A DNA stretch of 64,000 bases from Candidatus Krumholzibacteriia bacterium (GCA_041484665.1 JBGPIA010000017.1:47178-111177); one strand, 5' to 3'; positions 8,947-23,435 are shown, counted from the first letter of the stretch. Made by a program: numbers and translations. Notes: generated from the letters alone by a model not told the origin.

Positions 8947-10872
8947 CTACCTCACCTGCACCACCCTGCCGCTGGCCGAGGCGCTGCCGTCGCCGCTGCT
9001 GACCCGCACCCAGTACACGCCGCTGGCCACACGCGCCCCGCCGGCATCGCTCCCGTCCCAAAGCAACGCGTGATCGCCCGCGCCCAGAGCGCCGGCACGC
9101 AGCTCGCGCACCAGCCGCCCGCGCAGATCGAAGACCGTCACCCAGGCCTCGCCCGCCGTAGGCAGCGAAAACTCCAGGCGGATCGGGCCCGCCGCCGGAT
9201 TGGGGAAGGCCGTGATCGTGCGTGCGCCCGGCGGGCCCAACACCAGCGCGCCGGGCTCGACGCCGGTCGCGTTCGCCGGCAACGACACCAGCGCCAGCCC
9301 CTCCCAGCCGATGCTGTTGGTGAGCACGGCGACTGGCGTCGCCACCTGCGTCGCAGGATCGATAGAGTACAAGGTCGTGGTGGGGAAATTGGCGATCCCC
9401 AGCAGATGGCCCGAGGCGGGGTCGAAAGCGAGCCCGCGGATGTGCGGCAGATTGGCGGGTGGCAACAGCGTCTGCTGGCCGGTGTCGCGGTTGATGCGGA
9501 CCAGCTCGGTTCCGCCAACCACGCCATAGATGAAGTGATCGACCGAGTCGAAGGCGATGTCCTCCAGGGGCGAGGTCTGGTTCGGCAACATCGACTCGTT
9601 GCCCGTGAGCGGATCGATCACGTGGATGCGGGCGCCGTTCACCACCTGCTCGGCGCCATAGAGCACGTCCCGGTCGGTGTCGTACGCCATCCCCCAGATG
9701 CCCACCGGGCCGGTGGCGTCGATCAGCGTCGCCTCGCCCAACAGCGGCGAGAACGCCCACAGTGTCCCCACGCTGAAGTCGTATCCGTAGACCCGGTTGT
9801 CGACCGTCCGGTAGTCGATTCCGAAGATCCCATTCGGAACGGTCCCCGTGCCCGGCGACAGGTCTTTCCATAGGGGAAGGTTGCACCCCGGCGTCGGCAT
9901 CTGTAGATATGCCTGGTCGCTGCCGGTGCCCACCAGATACCCGGTCGCTGCCTGGCTGGGGATGCGCACCCACACCTGCGCTACGCCCTTGTCGTTGTCC
10001 ATCAGGTAGAGGTTGCCCGTAGCGGGGTCGATGGACAGCCCCGCGAAGGCTGCGAGCTTCACCCCCGCAGGCAAGCCCTGCGTGCTCCAACGGAAACGGT
10101 CGACGAACGCGCCGTTGGAATCGACCACCTGGATCCCGCTGTGCTCGAGAGCGATCAGCAGCAGCCCCTGCGCGAAGGGGGCGCTCGGCGGCACCCACAC
10201 GATGTCGTCGACCAGCGCGTCGGGATCGGCGTCGAGATGCGCCACCAGATCCGTGGACTTCGAGGACTTCACCGGGACACCGGTGCGGGTGAACTTGAAC
10301 CACTCGTTGGAGGCTAGCGCGCCCGGGACCGGGCCGGCATCAACGACGTAGACGAACTGGGTGTCCACGGCGATCCCGCGCACCGACTCCAGCGTGTCGG
10401 GGCCCGAGCCGGGAACGTCGAACCGCAGCGGGATAGTGAAGACCGTGTCGACGAGCGCCGCTCCGTTCCAGCGGCGGACCACCCGGTCCCCGGTGATCTG
10501 CCAGTAGTAGCCCGACGTGGCATCCCACGCGAGGCCGGGATACTCGTCGGGACCGGCGGAGACGAAGTTCGCGCATAGGTCGTAGATCTTCGCCTGGCTG
10601 GCGATCTGCTGATGGACGGGATCGAACGCCACCGACTCGAAACCCGGGGCCCCCCGGCACACTGCGAACCGCTGCCCCATGAACTGCAGTACCGGACCGC
10701 CAGGGCTCACGGTGGGCGCTGCGGCGGGACCGCTGCGGAGTCCGGTGGTGGAGGCTGCCGCAGGGAGGCCGACGGCTGAGGTGGGTCCGGTCGAGCCCGT
10801 GGTCGCCAGGAGTGCTATGGAAAGGACGATCAGGGCCGCCGCATGCCCACGGCGACGCGGAGCGGATGGCAT
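8947..10872 (-). CDS. Secreted double beta-propeller protein with FlgD-Ig C-terminal domain
   Basis: Signal peptide AALIVLSIALLA; repeated GLA(W/F)D, GMAYD and DIAFD blades; tail FPNP...WDGSDAGGARVASGVYW. Confidence 0.8.
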   Translation of the reverse strand: MPSAPRRRGHAAALIVLSIALLATTGSTGPTSAVGLPAAASTTGLRSGPAAAPTVSPGGPVLQFMGQRFAVCRGAPGFESVAFDPVHQQIASQAKIYDLCANFVSAGPDEYPGLAWDATSGYYWQITGDRVVRRWNGAALVDTVFTIPLRFDVPGSGPDTLESVRGIAVDTQFVYVVDAGPVPGALASNEWFKFTRTGVPVKSSKSTDLVAHLDADPDALVDDIVWVPPSAPFAQGLLLIALEHSGIQVVDSNGAFVDRFRWSTQGLPAGVKLAAFAGLSIDPATGNLYLMDNDKGVAQVWVRIPSQAATGYLVGTGSDQAYLQMPTPGCNLPLWKDLSPGTGTVPNGIFGIDYRTVDNRVYGYDFSVGTLWAFSPLLGEATLIDATGPVGIWGMAYDTDRDVLYGAEQVVNGARIHVIDPLTGNESMLPNQTSPLEDIAFDSVDHFIYGVVGGTELVRINRDTGQQTLLPPANLPHIRGLAFDPASGHLLGIANFPTTTLYSIDPATQVATPVAVLTNSIGWEGLALVSLPANATGVEPGALVLGPPGARTITAFPNPAAGPIRLEFSLPTAGEAWVTVFDLRGRLVRELRAGALGAGDHALLWDGSDAGGARVASGVYWVRVSSGDGSASASGRVVQVR

Positions 10873-11144
10873 GGCGCGCAACCTCCAGGGGGCGAAAGGC
10901 GTGTCGTGCAAGCGAGGTGAGCGGGCGCGGATGGCGCAGAACCCCTGGATTCTAGCCCCCACGGCGGGGGAAAGTCCATGCCCTGGGTCGCCGGCGGACC
11001 TGCTCGCGCGTCAACTGCCGCGGCGGCGGCATCGGGCGCAAAGCACTCCCGCTCGCGCCGCGCCCTGCAACTGCGGCGCGCGTACCACGCGAAGTCACCC
11101 ACCATGTGCTGGCGCAGAGACGGGATCTGCGACACCCGCAGGGC

Positions 11145-13895
<2,751 letters not shown>

Positions 13896-14418
13896 GTCGG
13901 CTCACCTGGCGCCGCTGCGCGGGTTTCCCCGGGAAGTTTCGCAGCCGGCGGCGCCCGCGCGACAGACGAGAGCGTCCGTGGATCAAGCGGGCCGTTGGCG
14001 TGCGAGCGTCGCGCGCATGATGACGAGGTGCCCCCTGGCTGGACACCAGACCCTTCTGGAGCCGGTCCACTCCGGCCGGCGACGACGGGAGCCCTCTGGG
14101 AACCCCCGCAGAGTGTTAGAATGAAGCGAATCGTGCCCCACGCGGCCGGCCGCGTTAGCCGGTCGTGCAAGGGCATCCGGGGTCAGTTACCCTTCGCGCC
14201 TGGCTGTGCGTCTGCCTGCAGCCGGTCCTGGATGAACTGCGTCACGCGCCTGACCCGCGCCGCGTGAGCATCGTTGGAGTCCTTCGACACGATAGGATCG
14301 TGCGTTGCCGTTGTCCGTCGAATTGTGATGCTCCGCTACCGTTGCGGGGTTTGCTCGCGTGCGCCAGTCGCGCCCGCTGGTGCTCTGGGATCGCCAGGTG
14401 AGAGGGCCATGGGGGCTG

Positions 14419-15003
14419 TCATTTCGGAGGGATCGCCCCGGCGGCGGGCCAGCTGGTATCACCCGCTCGAGTGAGATTCATCTCGAAGAAACGGACGGGA
14501 TCCTTGCCTTCCATGATCCGGTCGCCGACCTCCCGCCACGCGCCACCCTTGATGACCGCCGTGTAACGGATGGTCGTGGGGCCCGCTGGGATCTCCCAGA
14601 AGTAGCCGTCAGCCGTCGGCGTGAGGACGAAATCGCCGACGTTCCCCATTGCATACGAGTGCAGCGTGTAGGCGCGCGTCGCCGGGCTGTACGAGATGGT
14701 GCCGAACGCATTGAAGCCGACCTTGCCATCTGCATCGTAACCCCGGCCTTCGATGACCTTGATCGACCCGTCCAGGAATGGCCCGATCCGCTCGGTCTGC
14801 GTGATGTTGTGCTTCTCGCCGGAGGGCAGGATGGTCCAGGCGGGGCCTCTCCAGACCCCGTCCATGTTCGCAAGTCGCGCCATGCCCTCGCGCTGAGCCG
14901 CGATCAGCGTCGCCGGGTCCGGGCGTTCTTGCCCCGAGGCAACCGACGACACGGCCACCGTCGTGATCAAGACCGCAAGCACCGGGAGTCGATGTCGGAG
15001 CAT
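14419..15003 (-). CDS. Secreted DUF1579-like protein
   Basis: Signal peptide; MDGVWRGPAW, TQTERIGPFLDGSIKVIEGRGY and DTSWPAAG match my recollection of this family; GAGGAG RBS. Confidence 0.75.
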   Translation of the reverse strand: MLRHRLPVLAVLITTVAVSSVASGQERPDPATLIAAQREGMARLANMDGVWRGPAWTILPSGEKHNITQTERIGPFLDGSIKVIEGRGYDADGKVGFNAFGTISYSPATRAYTLHSYAMGNVGDFVLTPTADGYFWEIPAGPTTIRYTAVIKGGAWREVGDRIMEGKDPVRFFEMNLTRAGDTSWPAAGAIPPK

Positions 15004-16222
15004 TTCCAGTCCTCCTCAAGTGGATCCTTCGCTGGGTGTCAGGTCGGGGCAAGTCCCGGGTGATCCAGGCTCCAGGCACTCGCCCGCGTCCCCGATGCCC
15101 GCACTTCGGGAATGGGGGCGTCAGCCCCCACCTCAGACGATACACTCTGCACGGATACGTGTCTGCCCTCCAGCACCCGCTTGCGACGACCTCGAGCCAA
15201 TCACCGAGCTCTGGGCGTGGAGCGCGGATGACGCCTCTGCCGGCTTTCGTCAGGCCTCCTCGGTCCTTGTCAGCCTTCGCCCGCGTGCGTCGGCCCCGTC
15301 CGCTACTGCGCGCCTGCGCCCGCGACGAGCCCTCGTTCACCCGCGAGCCTAGTCGTGGCGCGCGCCTTCGGAGATCCAGATCCTGAGCTCGGAGTTGAAG
15401 GTCGGGTCGGACGCCACGCCTTTCGGCATCCGCTCCCCGCCGCCGCGCACGGCTGCGCGAGGTGATGAAGGGCGAGGACTACGCGAAGGCGGGCATCGTC
15501 GCCGGCCAGTGGGCCGCAAGCAAATGCCGGCCGATCCCAAAATCGAGTTCGACTGAGCAACCCGGCGGACAATGGCGCGGGTCCACGGGCGTCCGCATTA
15601 CCAGTGCCCGGTGGTTTCCCACACAGCGTCCGGTGCCTGCGGAGCCGGCGAGCGGGGGGGCGGCAGGATCGGCGCCTCAACGCTCGCATTCCACGTCGGC
15701 CCTTGACGCAGCGTGGACGAGCAGCCAGTCGTTCACGGTTCTGCTGAGCCCGGCGATCTTCGCGCGATACTCGCGCGTGGGGTACATCCCGGCACGCAGA
15801 TCGACGCGCACCGGGGGGAGGGCGGCGAGATTGCGGGAGAGAAAGCCGGCGATCCAGGGATAGCGCAGGGTTCTGTCGCTGGGCTATAGTCCGAGCGTCG
15901 ATTCCTGCCAGGCCGATTGTTCCGCATGCTGCGCCTTCGGACACGATCGGCGGCTGGGCCAACTCGGTCTGCCACTTGGAGCGATCCCCCTGCGTCCTGG
16001 CCGATTGGACGGACCCGGAGCGACAACAGCAGGGACCGATCTCAGGCCAGTACCGCACCGTTGCGGGTGGCCGGCAGAGCGGCCTCCATCGGTGCACCCG
16101 CCGTGTCCTCTAACTGGGGGATGCCGCCGCTCCATTTCGTCGCCCGGCTCCGTCGATAGGGTCGAGCCCCGCTCCGGCATGCTTCGCTCTGACACGCCAA
16201 CTTCACCCTCAGAGGTCACACC

Positions 16223-17566
16223 ATGATGGAGCTCGCCGTCCCATCGCAGCTCGATCGAGAGGCCGTCGCGTGCGCGCTGCGGCCGAGCTCCCGCTGCCGG
16301 ATCCTCCTCCTGCTTCTCGTGGCCCCTTGGCTTCCAATGGTTGCTTCTCCCCACCCTGCCTCCGCTCAAGGAGTGTGCGTGCCGACCCCCGCCGCAAAGT
16401 GGTGCCCGGTGGGTGGCAGCGTCGACATCGCGGTGTACTTCCACCCGAGCATTCCCCACAGCATCCTCAACAAGGACTACGCAGCCTTCTCGGCCGCGAT
16501 CCAGGAATGGAACCTCGAGAACCTCGGCACCGGCTACCACCTGGTGGACATGGGAGCTTGCTCAGGACCCTGCGACGGCGAAGGGGACGGCGACTTTCCT
16601 GCGCGTGGGATCGTCATCAAACTGGCCCCGCTTGGGATCGCCACGTGCACGGGGATCGGCGGGCGCACCACGCTCATTCCGGGAGACCGTGCGCCCGGGG
16701 CAGTCATCGATCCGATCGTCAAGGCCTATGTCCGGTTGAACTCGCAGATGGATTGGAGCGCGAACGATCGGCTGACCACGGCGCGCCATGAGCTCGGACA
16801 TGCCCTGGGCATGGGTCACCTGGACGGGTGCCCGACCACCCTCCTCATGACGGAAGGAAGACCCTGCGGCACCTCGTACACCCTCGATTCCTCGACGTCG
16901 AGCGGTATCGCCTGCCTGTACGGGACCTCCGAGGGGGATTGTGCCTCCCGGCGCGGGGTGAGGGTCGTAGTCCGTATCCCCGATGTGCGCTTTTTCCTCG
17001 AGAGCTGTCCGTGTGGCGCTGGGTGTGCTGCGGCGGCCAAGCCGGCCCGAGCTCCCACGGCGGTCACCTACGAGCTCGCAATCAACGAGAACGGCGGGCC
17101 CTATGCGGTGTTCACCAATCTGGACGATTCCGATTGGGTGAATGGTAGCTACGACTTCACGTTCCCGCGCAGCTACTCCCAGGCGCTGATCCGGATGCGG
17201 GTGTTCGAGAACGGCGTATTCACGGAAGAGTCCTACTCGCTCGAGCCGGTGGACATCGTCGTTGCGACGGACGTGCCCGCGGGAGTCTCCGCGGTTGCGG
17301 CGACGCGCATCTTTCCCAACCCTCTGTCTCCGGCGACGTATCTGGAGTTTGGGCTCGCGGACGAGTCGGCGGTCGAGGTTTCGGTCTACGACCCTGCGGG
17401 CCGCCGTGTGATGACGTCGAACTTCGGCACGCTGGCTGCGGGCGCGCACCGCATCCCCCTCGATCGGCGCACGCTGGAGAAGAACGGTGCCCGCAGCGGT
17501 GTCTACTTCTACACCTTGCGCATCGGAAGCCGCACCGAGCGGGGCAAGCTCCTGCTCATCAGATAA
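16223..17566 (+). CDS. Secreted matrixin/M10-like zinc metalloprotease with FlgD/T9SS-type C-terminal domain
   Basis: Extended zinc motif HELGHALGMGH with Met-turn (LLM); Cys-rich; tail FPNP...SGVYFYTL. Confidence 0.85.
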   Translation: MMELAVPSQLDREAVACALRPSSRCRILLLLLVAPWLPMVASPHPASAQGVCVPTPAAKWCPVGGSVDIAVYFHPSIPHSILNKDYAAFSAAIQEWNLENLGTGYHLVDMGACSGPCDGEGDGDFPARGIVIKLAPLGIATCTGIGGRTTLIPGDRAPGAVIDPIVKAYVRLNSQMDWSANDRLTTARHELGHALGMGHLDGCPTTLLMTEGRPCGTSYTLDSSTSSGIACLYGTSEGDCASRRGVRVVVRIPDVRFFLESCPCGAGCAAAAKPARAPTAVTYELAINENGGPYAVFTNLDDSDWVNGSYDFTFPRSYSQALIRMRVFENGVFTEESYSLEPVDIVVATDVPAGVSAVAATRIFPNPLSPATYLEFGLADESAVEVSVYDPAGRRVMTSNFGTLAAGAHRIPLDRRTLEKNGARSGVYFYTLRIGSRTERGKLLLIR

Positions 17567-17743
17567 CGTACCGTCAACGACCCGGTCGCCGTCGTGTTCG
17601 CGAGCTGTCCGACCAGGCACGAGCAGCCGCTGACGGAGGAAACCCAGCGCGCGCTCCTGGGCTGGGTGCGCGCGGGGTTCTCGGTTCCACGTGGGCCCGC
17701 AGATCCTGTGCGACGCCAGCGAGAGCCTCGCGCACCTGGCGCG

Positions 17744-18307
17744 CTACCGGAACTGCCCCTTGATCGACGACCAGGTCATAGGCTCGATTGCCACTTGCCC
17801 ACAGTGGGGAACATCCGCGGTTCGGGTACCCGTCGACGTGAACTCCTGGCAGGTATCCGGGAAGAGGCCCCCGCACCCGGCCGAGTACTGGGTGGTGATC
17901 GTCACCACCGTTTGCTCGGAGTCGCCGGTTCGCGTTGCCACGCCCGCGAAGGTGACCGTTGCGGTGCATTGCCCGAACACCACCTCCGTGCTGCTGCACG
18001 TCCAGTCGAAGTGCGTGTCGGTCGCGGTCCCCGAGCAGGTCAGCCCCAGACCTCCGCCCCTGAAGATCGGCTGCCCGGCGCACAGGGTGTCGAGTTGGGA
18101 CTCCTGATTGACGATCGCCGGATTCCCGCAGACGCGCTCGATGGTGGTGGTATTCCAGACGCCCTGCCAGGCGGCCGGGATCGTCGGGCCATCCGCCTCC
18201 ACGCGTGCGGCAAACAGGCCGATCGCCATGCCCGTGAGCACAGCGGCCGGCAGCAGACGGCGCACCGAGGCGTGACGGTGCGGGATCACACTTGCAATGG
18301 GGTTCAT
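17744..18307 (-). CDS. Small secreted Cys-rich protein ending in a TWSSIKGQFR tail
   Basis: Signal peptide; WQGVW; eight Cys; C-terminal VAIEPMTWSSIKGQFR. Confidence 0.75.
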   Translation of the reverse strand: MNPIASVIPHRHASVRRLLPAAVLTGMAIGLFAARVEADGPTIPAAWQGVWNTTTIERVCGNPAIVNQESQLDTLCAGQPIFRGGGLGLTCSGTATDTHFDWTCSSTEVVFGQCTATVTFAGVATRTGDSEQTVVTITTQYSAGCGGLFPDTCQEFTSTGTRTADVPHCGQVAIEPMTWSSIKGQFR

Positions 18308-18672
18308 GAGGGCCTCGACGGTTGGGGGGTCCGACGGAGCGCGCGCCACGATTCTGCGCCACTCGCTCGCTTTAGCTTATCACGAGTGGGCGCTTCGGGA
18401 CACGCCTCCCCAGAGCCCCTCCCCAGAGCCCCGGATGCGACGGGGAACCCGGCGGCGTCTCCGCGTACAGCGTCCCGCAGGGACACACGCCGCCGGTCGA
18501 CACCGCCACGTGGCAGATCCACGCGAGCCGCCGTTCGCCCCTCTCCCGCACCTGGGACCCCGAAAGCCGGGCTGCATCCGTCAGACCCTGCGATCGCGCA
18601 ACCTTCGGATTACAGCCGCGTAGACTGCGCAATCTCCTGGGTCTCGCCGCCTTCCGCATTGGGGGACACGCG

Positions 18673-19611
18673 ATGAAGCGCATGGCATGCGCCGCATTGT
18701 TGCGGGTTGGCGCCACCCCTTCGCGCGCCCAGACCACGTTCCACGGCAACCTTGCGCGCACGGGGGTCTACCCGTCGGCGGGACCGACGCGCTTCGGGAG
18801 GGTGAAGTGGGCCTTCAAGACCGGCAGCGCGATCGTGACCTCGCCCGCCATTGCCGACGGAGTCGTCTACATCGGCTCCCTCGACGGGCACCTCCACGTC
18901 GTCGCGCAGGAGACGGGCAAGGAGAAGTGGAAGTTCAAGTCGAGGATGCCGATCGCGTCGTCGCCGGCCGTGGCCGGGGGCACGCTCTACTTTGTGTCCT
19001 CGACCGGCGCTCTGGCCGCGCTCGACGTCGCCACCGGCACGCCGAAGTGGGTGTTCGCGGCTGAGTACGAGCGGAAGTTCGAGTCGAAGAATCTCCACGG
19101 CTACGTGTACGCGGTGGATGCCGCGAGCGGGCGCAAGAAGTGGGACTATCCGACCAGCAAGTCCTGGGTGATCGGCACGCCCGCGGTGCGCGAAGGCTTG
19201 GTGTACGTAGGCACCTCGGACAGCGCGCGCTTCATGGCGCTGGACGCGCGGACTGGGCGGCTGCGGTTCACCTTCGATGCCAAGGCCTACGTCTTCTCCT
19301 CCGCGGCCGTCGCCGGGGACTTGGTCTGCTTCGGCTCCCACAATGGGAAGCTGTATGCGATCGACGCGCGCACCGGAACGCTGGCCTGGGAATTCCAGAC
19401 CGAGGCGTCGAAGAGCGACGCGCTGAAGGTGCTGAATCCGGATGGGAGTCTGAACCAGGAGGCGTTCGCGCCGGTGTTCGGCGACTTCGAGGACATGTAC
19501 GTCGACTTCTACCGCTTCGGCTCTATCGGAGCGGTGATGTCGTCGCCGGTCGTCGACAGTAAAGTGGTGTACTTCGGATGCATGGGCGGCAGTCTCTACG
19601 CGATCCAGTGA
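18673..19611 (+). CDS. PQQ-binding-like (BamB-type) beta-propeller protein, probably internally deleted
   Basis: Repeats such as SSPAIADGVVYIGSLDG...KWKF and LYAIDARTG.LAWEF. Confidence 0.8.
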   Translation: MKRMACAALLRVGATPSRAQTTFHGNLARTGVYPSAGPTRFGRVKWAFKTGSAIVTSPAIADGVVYIGSLDGHLHVVAQETGKEKWKFKSRMPIASSPAVAGGTLYFVSSTGALAALDVATGTPKWVFAAEYERKFESKNLHGYVYAVDAASGRKKWDYPTSKSWVIGTPAVREGLVYVGTSDSARFMALDARTGRLRFTFDAKAYVFSSAAVAGDLVCFGSHNGKLYAIDARTGTLAWEFQTEASKSDALKVLNPDGSLNQEAFAPVFGDFEDMYVDFYRFGSIGAVMSSPVVDSKVVYFGCMGGSLYAIQ

Positions 19612-19817
19612 AGGAACGGTTCCCAGCTTGCGCGCAAGGAGCGGATTCCCGATCTCGCCCACCCCGCTGCTGGCCTTCGCCCCCCGCAGTGGCCCGAACC
19701 TCGTCTGCCTCTCCGCCACCCGCCCGCACGCCACGCCATACCGGCATGCAGCAGATCCCAACTCCGGCACGGTGTTTCATCCACGCGGGTACGCCGGTGG
19801 CAGGCGGGGCTGTTCCG

Positions 19818-21122
19818 TCAGGCGCCCAGGCGGTAGGTGAAGTAGATCGCGCACCCGGCGTTTGCCAGCAAGGTCACCACCCAGGCGCTTTCCGCGATCG
19901 CGGAGCGCAGGTCGCGACCGCCGCCCGCCGGACGGCAGACGATTCGAAAGCAGGTGACTGCGGCAAACGCGCTCACGATCCACGGCGTGAGCAGAAAACG
20001 CGAAGTAGAGAACGCCAGGCCCACCGCGGTTGTCCAACCGAGCACCAGCAGCAGAAGAAATGCCGTCGCCCCGTCCGGCGGGGCAAGTAGACGCGTGAGA
20101 TCGCGCACGCGACGCGCGCGCACGCTGACGAGCGTTGCGAGCGTCGCCAGGCCGGTCAAAGCTGCAAGGACAACCGGCACGACCCCTCCAACTCGACGCG
20201 CGAGATAGGGAGGAAACACGCCCGCCGTCATCGAAACGAGGCGGATCCCGCCCAGCACCGTCTCCTTGGCCCAGTGTGAGAAGAAGAGCTGGGGCTCGCT
20301 CCGCACGATGGCGGTCAGCGACAGATCCCGGTCCTTGGGCCACTGGCTCCAGTCCATGCCGCCGTGGAGCCCGAACCAGACATTCTTCGCCTGGGTCTGG
20401 TGAAACAGCTCTCCCGTCGCGCGCCACGAGATCATCATCTGAGGCGCATAGACGATCAGGCCTCCGGCCACGGCCAGGGCGGCAAGGCCCAGCGACCGGC
20501 GGCGTTCGCGTCGTCGCAGTCCGTTCCACGACACCGCGATCAGGAAAGCCGGGAGCAGAACCAGAGCCGTCTGGCGCACGAGCGCCGCCGCCCCTGCCCA
20601 GGCCCCCCCGACCAGGGCGCGTCGCGCGGTCGACTCCCGCAACGTCGTCGCCAGTGATCTCACCGCCAACACCGCGAGCAACGAGGCGAGTTGATCGGTG
20701 CCGACCAGCAGAGCCGTTTCGTAGAAGTACCAGTTCAGAGCGAGATAGACCTGCCCGGTGAACGCCGTCTCCGCGGCGGCGAAGTCCCGGACGAGCCCGT
20801 GGGCCACGCGCAGCGACAGGCCGGCGGCCAGGACGGCGATGATCCTCGCGGCAACGAATGGATCGCTCGTGAGCAGCGTGGCGAGCCGCAGCACCAGCGG
20901 ATAGCCGAACGGGAGCAGGCCGTTCAGCGTGAAGACAGTCCGCCACGTCGCGGCGCTGGCAGCGTGACTGACGAAATCGGTCTCCACCGTGTGGAGGATC
21001 GGATCGCGGTGGAAGAACTGCACCACGGCACCGGCGATCACGAACAGAACAGGGACGAGCCACGGAGACCGCGTGGCTGCGCCGGGCGCTGGTGGCTGTC
21101 GGTCCGGCGGCGGCCGCTTCAT
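19818..21122 (-). CDS. Polytopic membrane protein, glycosyltransferase family 39/ArnT-like
   Basis: Multiple TM helices; ETD, PFGYPLVL, GTDQ and ALVRQ motifs typical of GT-C enzymes. Confidence 0.65.
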   Translation of the reverse strand: MKRPPPDRQPPAPGAATRSPWLVPVLFVIAGAVVQFFHRDPILHTVETDFVSHAASAATWRTVFTLNGLLPFGYPLVLRLATLLTSDPFVAARIIAVLAAGLSLRVAHGLVRDFAAAETAFTGQVYLALNWYFYETALLVGTDQLASLLAVLAVRSLATTLRESTARRALVGGAWAGAAALVRQTALVLLPAFLIAVSWNGLRRRERRRSLGLAALAVAGGLIVYAPQMMISWRATGELFHQTQAKNVWFGLHGGMDWSQWPKDRDLSLTAIVRSEPQLFFSHWAKETVLGGIRLVSMTAGVFPPYLARRVGGVVPVVLAALTGLATLATLVSVRARRVRDLTRLLAPPDGATAFLLLLVLGWTTAVGLAFSTSRFLLTPWIVSAFAAVTCFRIVCRPAGGGRDLRSAIAESAWVVTLLANAGCAIYFTYRLGA

Positions 21123-21531
21123 GGAGGCGCAGCATGGACCCGACGGGTCGGGAAATCAACCCGTGGGGGGAGTGATCGTCTCGGTGACGGGGGCCGTTCG
21201 CCGAATCGCCACGACGTGCCACGTGCTGGGTGTCTCCGCCTGCGGCGACCATGCGTGGCGGAGTCCCGCTCATCGGCCGGGTGACGCGCCCCGCTCGCGC
21301 GAACGTCTCGAACGCCGTGCGCCCCCACCTCCCAGAACAGCGACATCAGGGTCAGATGTCGCGCCCGACCCCCAGCCAAGCGCGTGGCGCTGTACGCCGC
21401 TTCGCGTTTCCCCTGGTGGGATGCTGCGCTATGATGGTGGTCGCACTTGGTCCGTGACGCTTTCGACCAGACTCGAAGAACCCTCGACCCGCATCACCTC
21501 GCGGTGTCGGGCAGAAAGGCACGACCCGACC

Positions 21532-23433
21532 ATGGCCGCAGCCAAGAGCCTTGAGATCCGCGATGGCCTGGATCGGGAGTACAGCGACGTCCTGACGCCC
21601 GCCGCACTGGCCGCGCTCTCGGCCCTCGCTCCTTTCAACCGCGAGCGGCGGGCGCTCATGGCGGCGCGCATGCACCGCCGGCTCGAGCGTACACGTGACG
21701 CCAAGTGCATCGACTTCCTGGACCCCTCCTCGATCATCCCGCGCACGCAGATCCGCGTACAGGACGCCCGGGAGGGGAACTTCGAGGGGAGCGGGATTCC
21801 CGCCGATCTGCAGCGCCAGTGGATCCAGGGGACCGGTCCCGCGACCAAGCCCCGCGCGAGCATCGAGAGCAGCATCCGCAACATCGCCTACGCACTCTTG
21901 GCGGGCGCGGATGGCTGGATGTTCGACGGTGAGGATGCCCTGGGGCAGATCCAGACCATGTCGCTGGACAACCAGCGCAATCTGAAGCTGGCCATCGCCA
22001 GGGATCCCATCTTCCTGAAGACCGCCGAAACCGTGGCAGATGAGATGAACGCTTGGGCGGACGGCTTCCTCGGCCGCACGATCATCGGCGACTGGAAGCG
22101 CCAGCTCGACTTCACCACGAAGATCTTCCGCGCCCGCGGGCTACATCTGGACGATCGCCACGTACGCGAGGGCGACGTCACCGGCTTCTCGGCCTCCATC
22201 GTGGACATGACGCTCTACGTGGTGAACAACCACCAGCGGCTGAGCGACGCCGGCTCATCGATCGTGCTCTATCTGCCGAAGATCCAGACGGCGGAAGAAG
22301 CCGCGCTGTGGAACGACATGATCACCGCTCTCGAGCAGCACCTTGCGCTGCCGCGGGGAACCATCAAGGTCTACGTGCTGGTCGAGCAGCTCGAAGCCTC
22401 GTTCCAGTTGATGGAGATCCGCGCCGCTCTTGGACCCCACTTCGTCGGTTACAACACGGGGCGTTGGGACTACATCAACAGCGTGGCCGACGCACTGGCG
22501 TGGGATCCCGCCTTCGTGAATCCGAACATCGACGCCATCGGCATGACCTATGGGTACATGCGCAACTACGAGGATCGGGTACGGCGGGCCGTCAACACAC
22601 CCGACAAGGCAGGCCGCTGTGCCCTGTGGCAGGGGGGCATGGAGCCGAACATTCCGGTGGGCTCGCCGACCGGTGTCGCCGCTTCCATGAAGCGGGCGAT
22701 CGCCGGCGCGCAACGGGAGCAACGCGAGGGGGCCAGCGGCAAGTGGGTCGCCCACTGGAAGATGGTCCACATCGTCCGCCCGGTGTGGGAGAAGGCCGGC
22801 GAGGCCAACCAGTTGGGGCACTCGTTCCCGCGCCTGACCTATACCAAGAATGACGCGGACGGGCTGATGCTGCTTCAGCCCGCGCCGCGGACGATCCGCG
22901 GTGCCCGCGACCTGATCAGCGTCGCCCTGCAGTACGGCAACGCTTTCGGCCAGGGCTTCCAGGCCGCGGCGTTGAAGCCGGCTGATTCTTTCGGCAGCGA
23001 CGAGGTGCTCTACCTCATGGAGGACATGGCCACCGGGGAGATCCGCCTCAGCATTCTCTGGGAGTGGCTGCACAAGGCCGCGCGGCTCACCGAGGACGAC
23101 CCGACATCCGGCGCCAAGGCGCAAGCCACGTTCACCCGGGAGCTCTTCGAGCGGTTGCTGCGCGAGGAGTACGAGAAGCTGCGCCAGGCGAGCAATCGCG
23201 ACGTCCACGACGCCTCCAAGGACACGACGCTGCCCATCGCGCGCGAGATCGTCCAGACCTACATGGCGAACCAGGCCAAGCCGCCCTGGTACATCGACCT
23301 CTTGAACCTCAATCTCGACAACCACGACCTGGCGAAGGCGCAGCAGCGCGTAGGCAGGTACATGACGGCGTTTTGCGCCGACGGCACCCGCATCACCGAG
23401 AACCTGGACTTCGACCCCAGCCGCAGGAGTTGA
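21532..23433 (+). CDS. aceB: Malate synthase
   Basis: [54 protein letters not shown]; start ATG at 21532 after an AGAAAGG RBS-like site. Confidence 0.9.
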   Translation: MAAAKSLEIRDGLDREYSDVLTPAALAALSALAPFNRERRALMAARMHRRLERTRDAKCIDFLDPSSIIPRTQIRVQDAREGNFEGSGIPADLQRQWIQGTGPATKPRASIESSIRNIAYALLAGADGWMFDGEDALGQIQTMSLDNQRNLKLAIARDPIFLKTAETVADEMNAWADGFLGRTIIGDWKRQLDFTTKIFRARGLHLDDRHVREGDVTGFSASIVDMTLYVVNNHQRLSDAGSSIVLYLPKIQTAEEAALWNDMITALEQHLALPRGTIKVYVLVEQLEASFQLMEIRAALGPHFVGYNTGRWDYINSVADALAWDPAFVNPNIDAIGMTYGYMRNYEDRVRRAVNTPDKAGRCALWQGGMEPNIPVGSPTGVAASMKRAIAGAQREQREGASGKWVAHWKMVHIVRPVWEKAGEANQLGHSFPRLTYTKNDADGLMLLQPAPRTIRGARDLISVALQYGNAFGQGFQAAALKPADSFGSDEVLYLMEDMATGEIRLSILWEWLHKAARLTEDDPTSGAKAQATFTRELFERLLREEYEKLRQASNRDVHDASKDTTLPIAREIVQTYMANQAKPPWYIDLLNLNLDNHDLAKAQQRVGRYMTAFCADGTRITENLDFDPSRRS

Positions 23434-23435
23434 CC

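Noticed and set aside
15350..16130. Possible gene or IS fragments in the intergenic region (e.g. GMYPTREYRAKIAGL; gtgtcctctaactggggga)
   Set aside because: Too short and degenerate to assign without a search.
18405..18435. Short tandem duplication cctccccagagccc
   Set aside because: Only two copies and no associated element recognised.
20989..21531. N-terminal extension of the malate synthase ORF (similar extensions on ORFs 23064, 31984, 51511 and 57955)
   Set aside because: Low-complexity Arg/Pro/Ala text overlapping other genes; better RBS-supported starts lie downstream.
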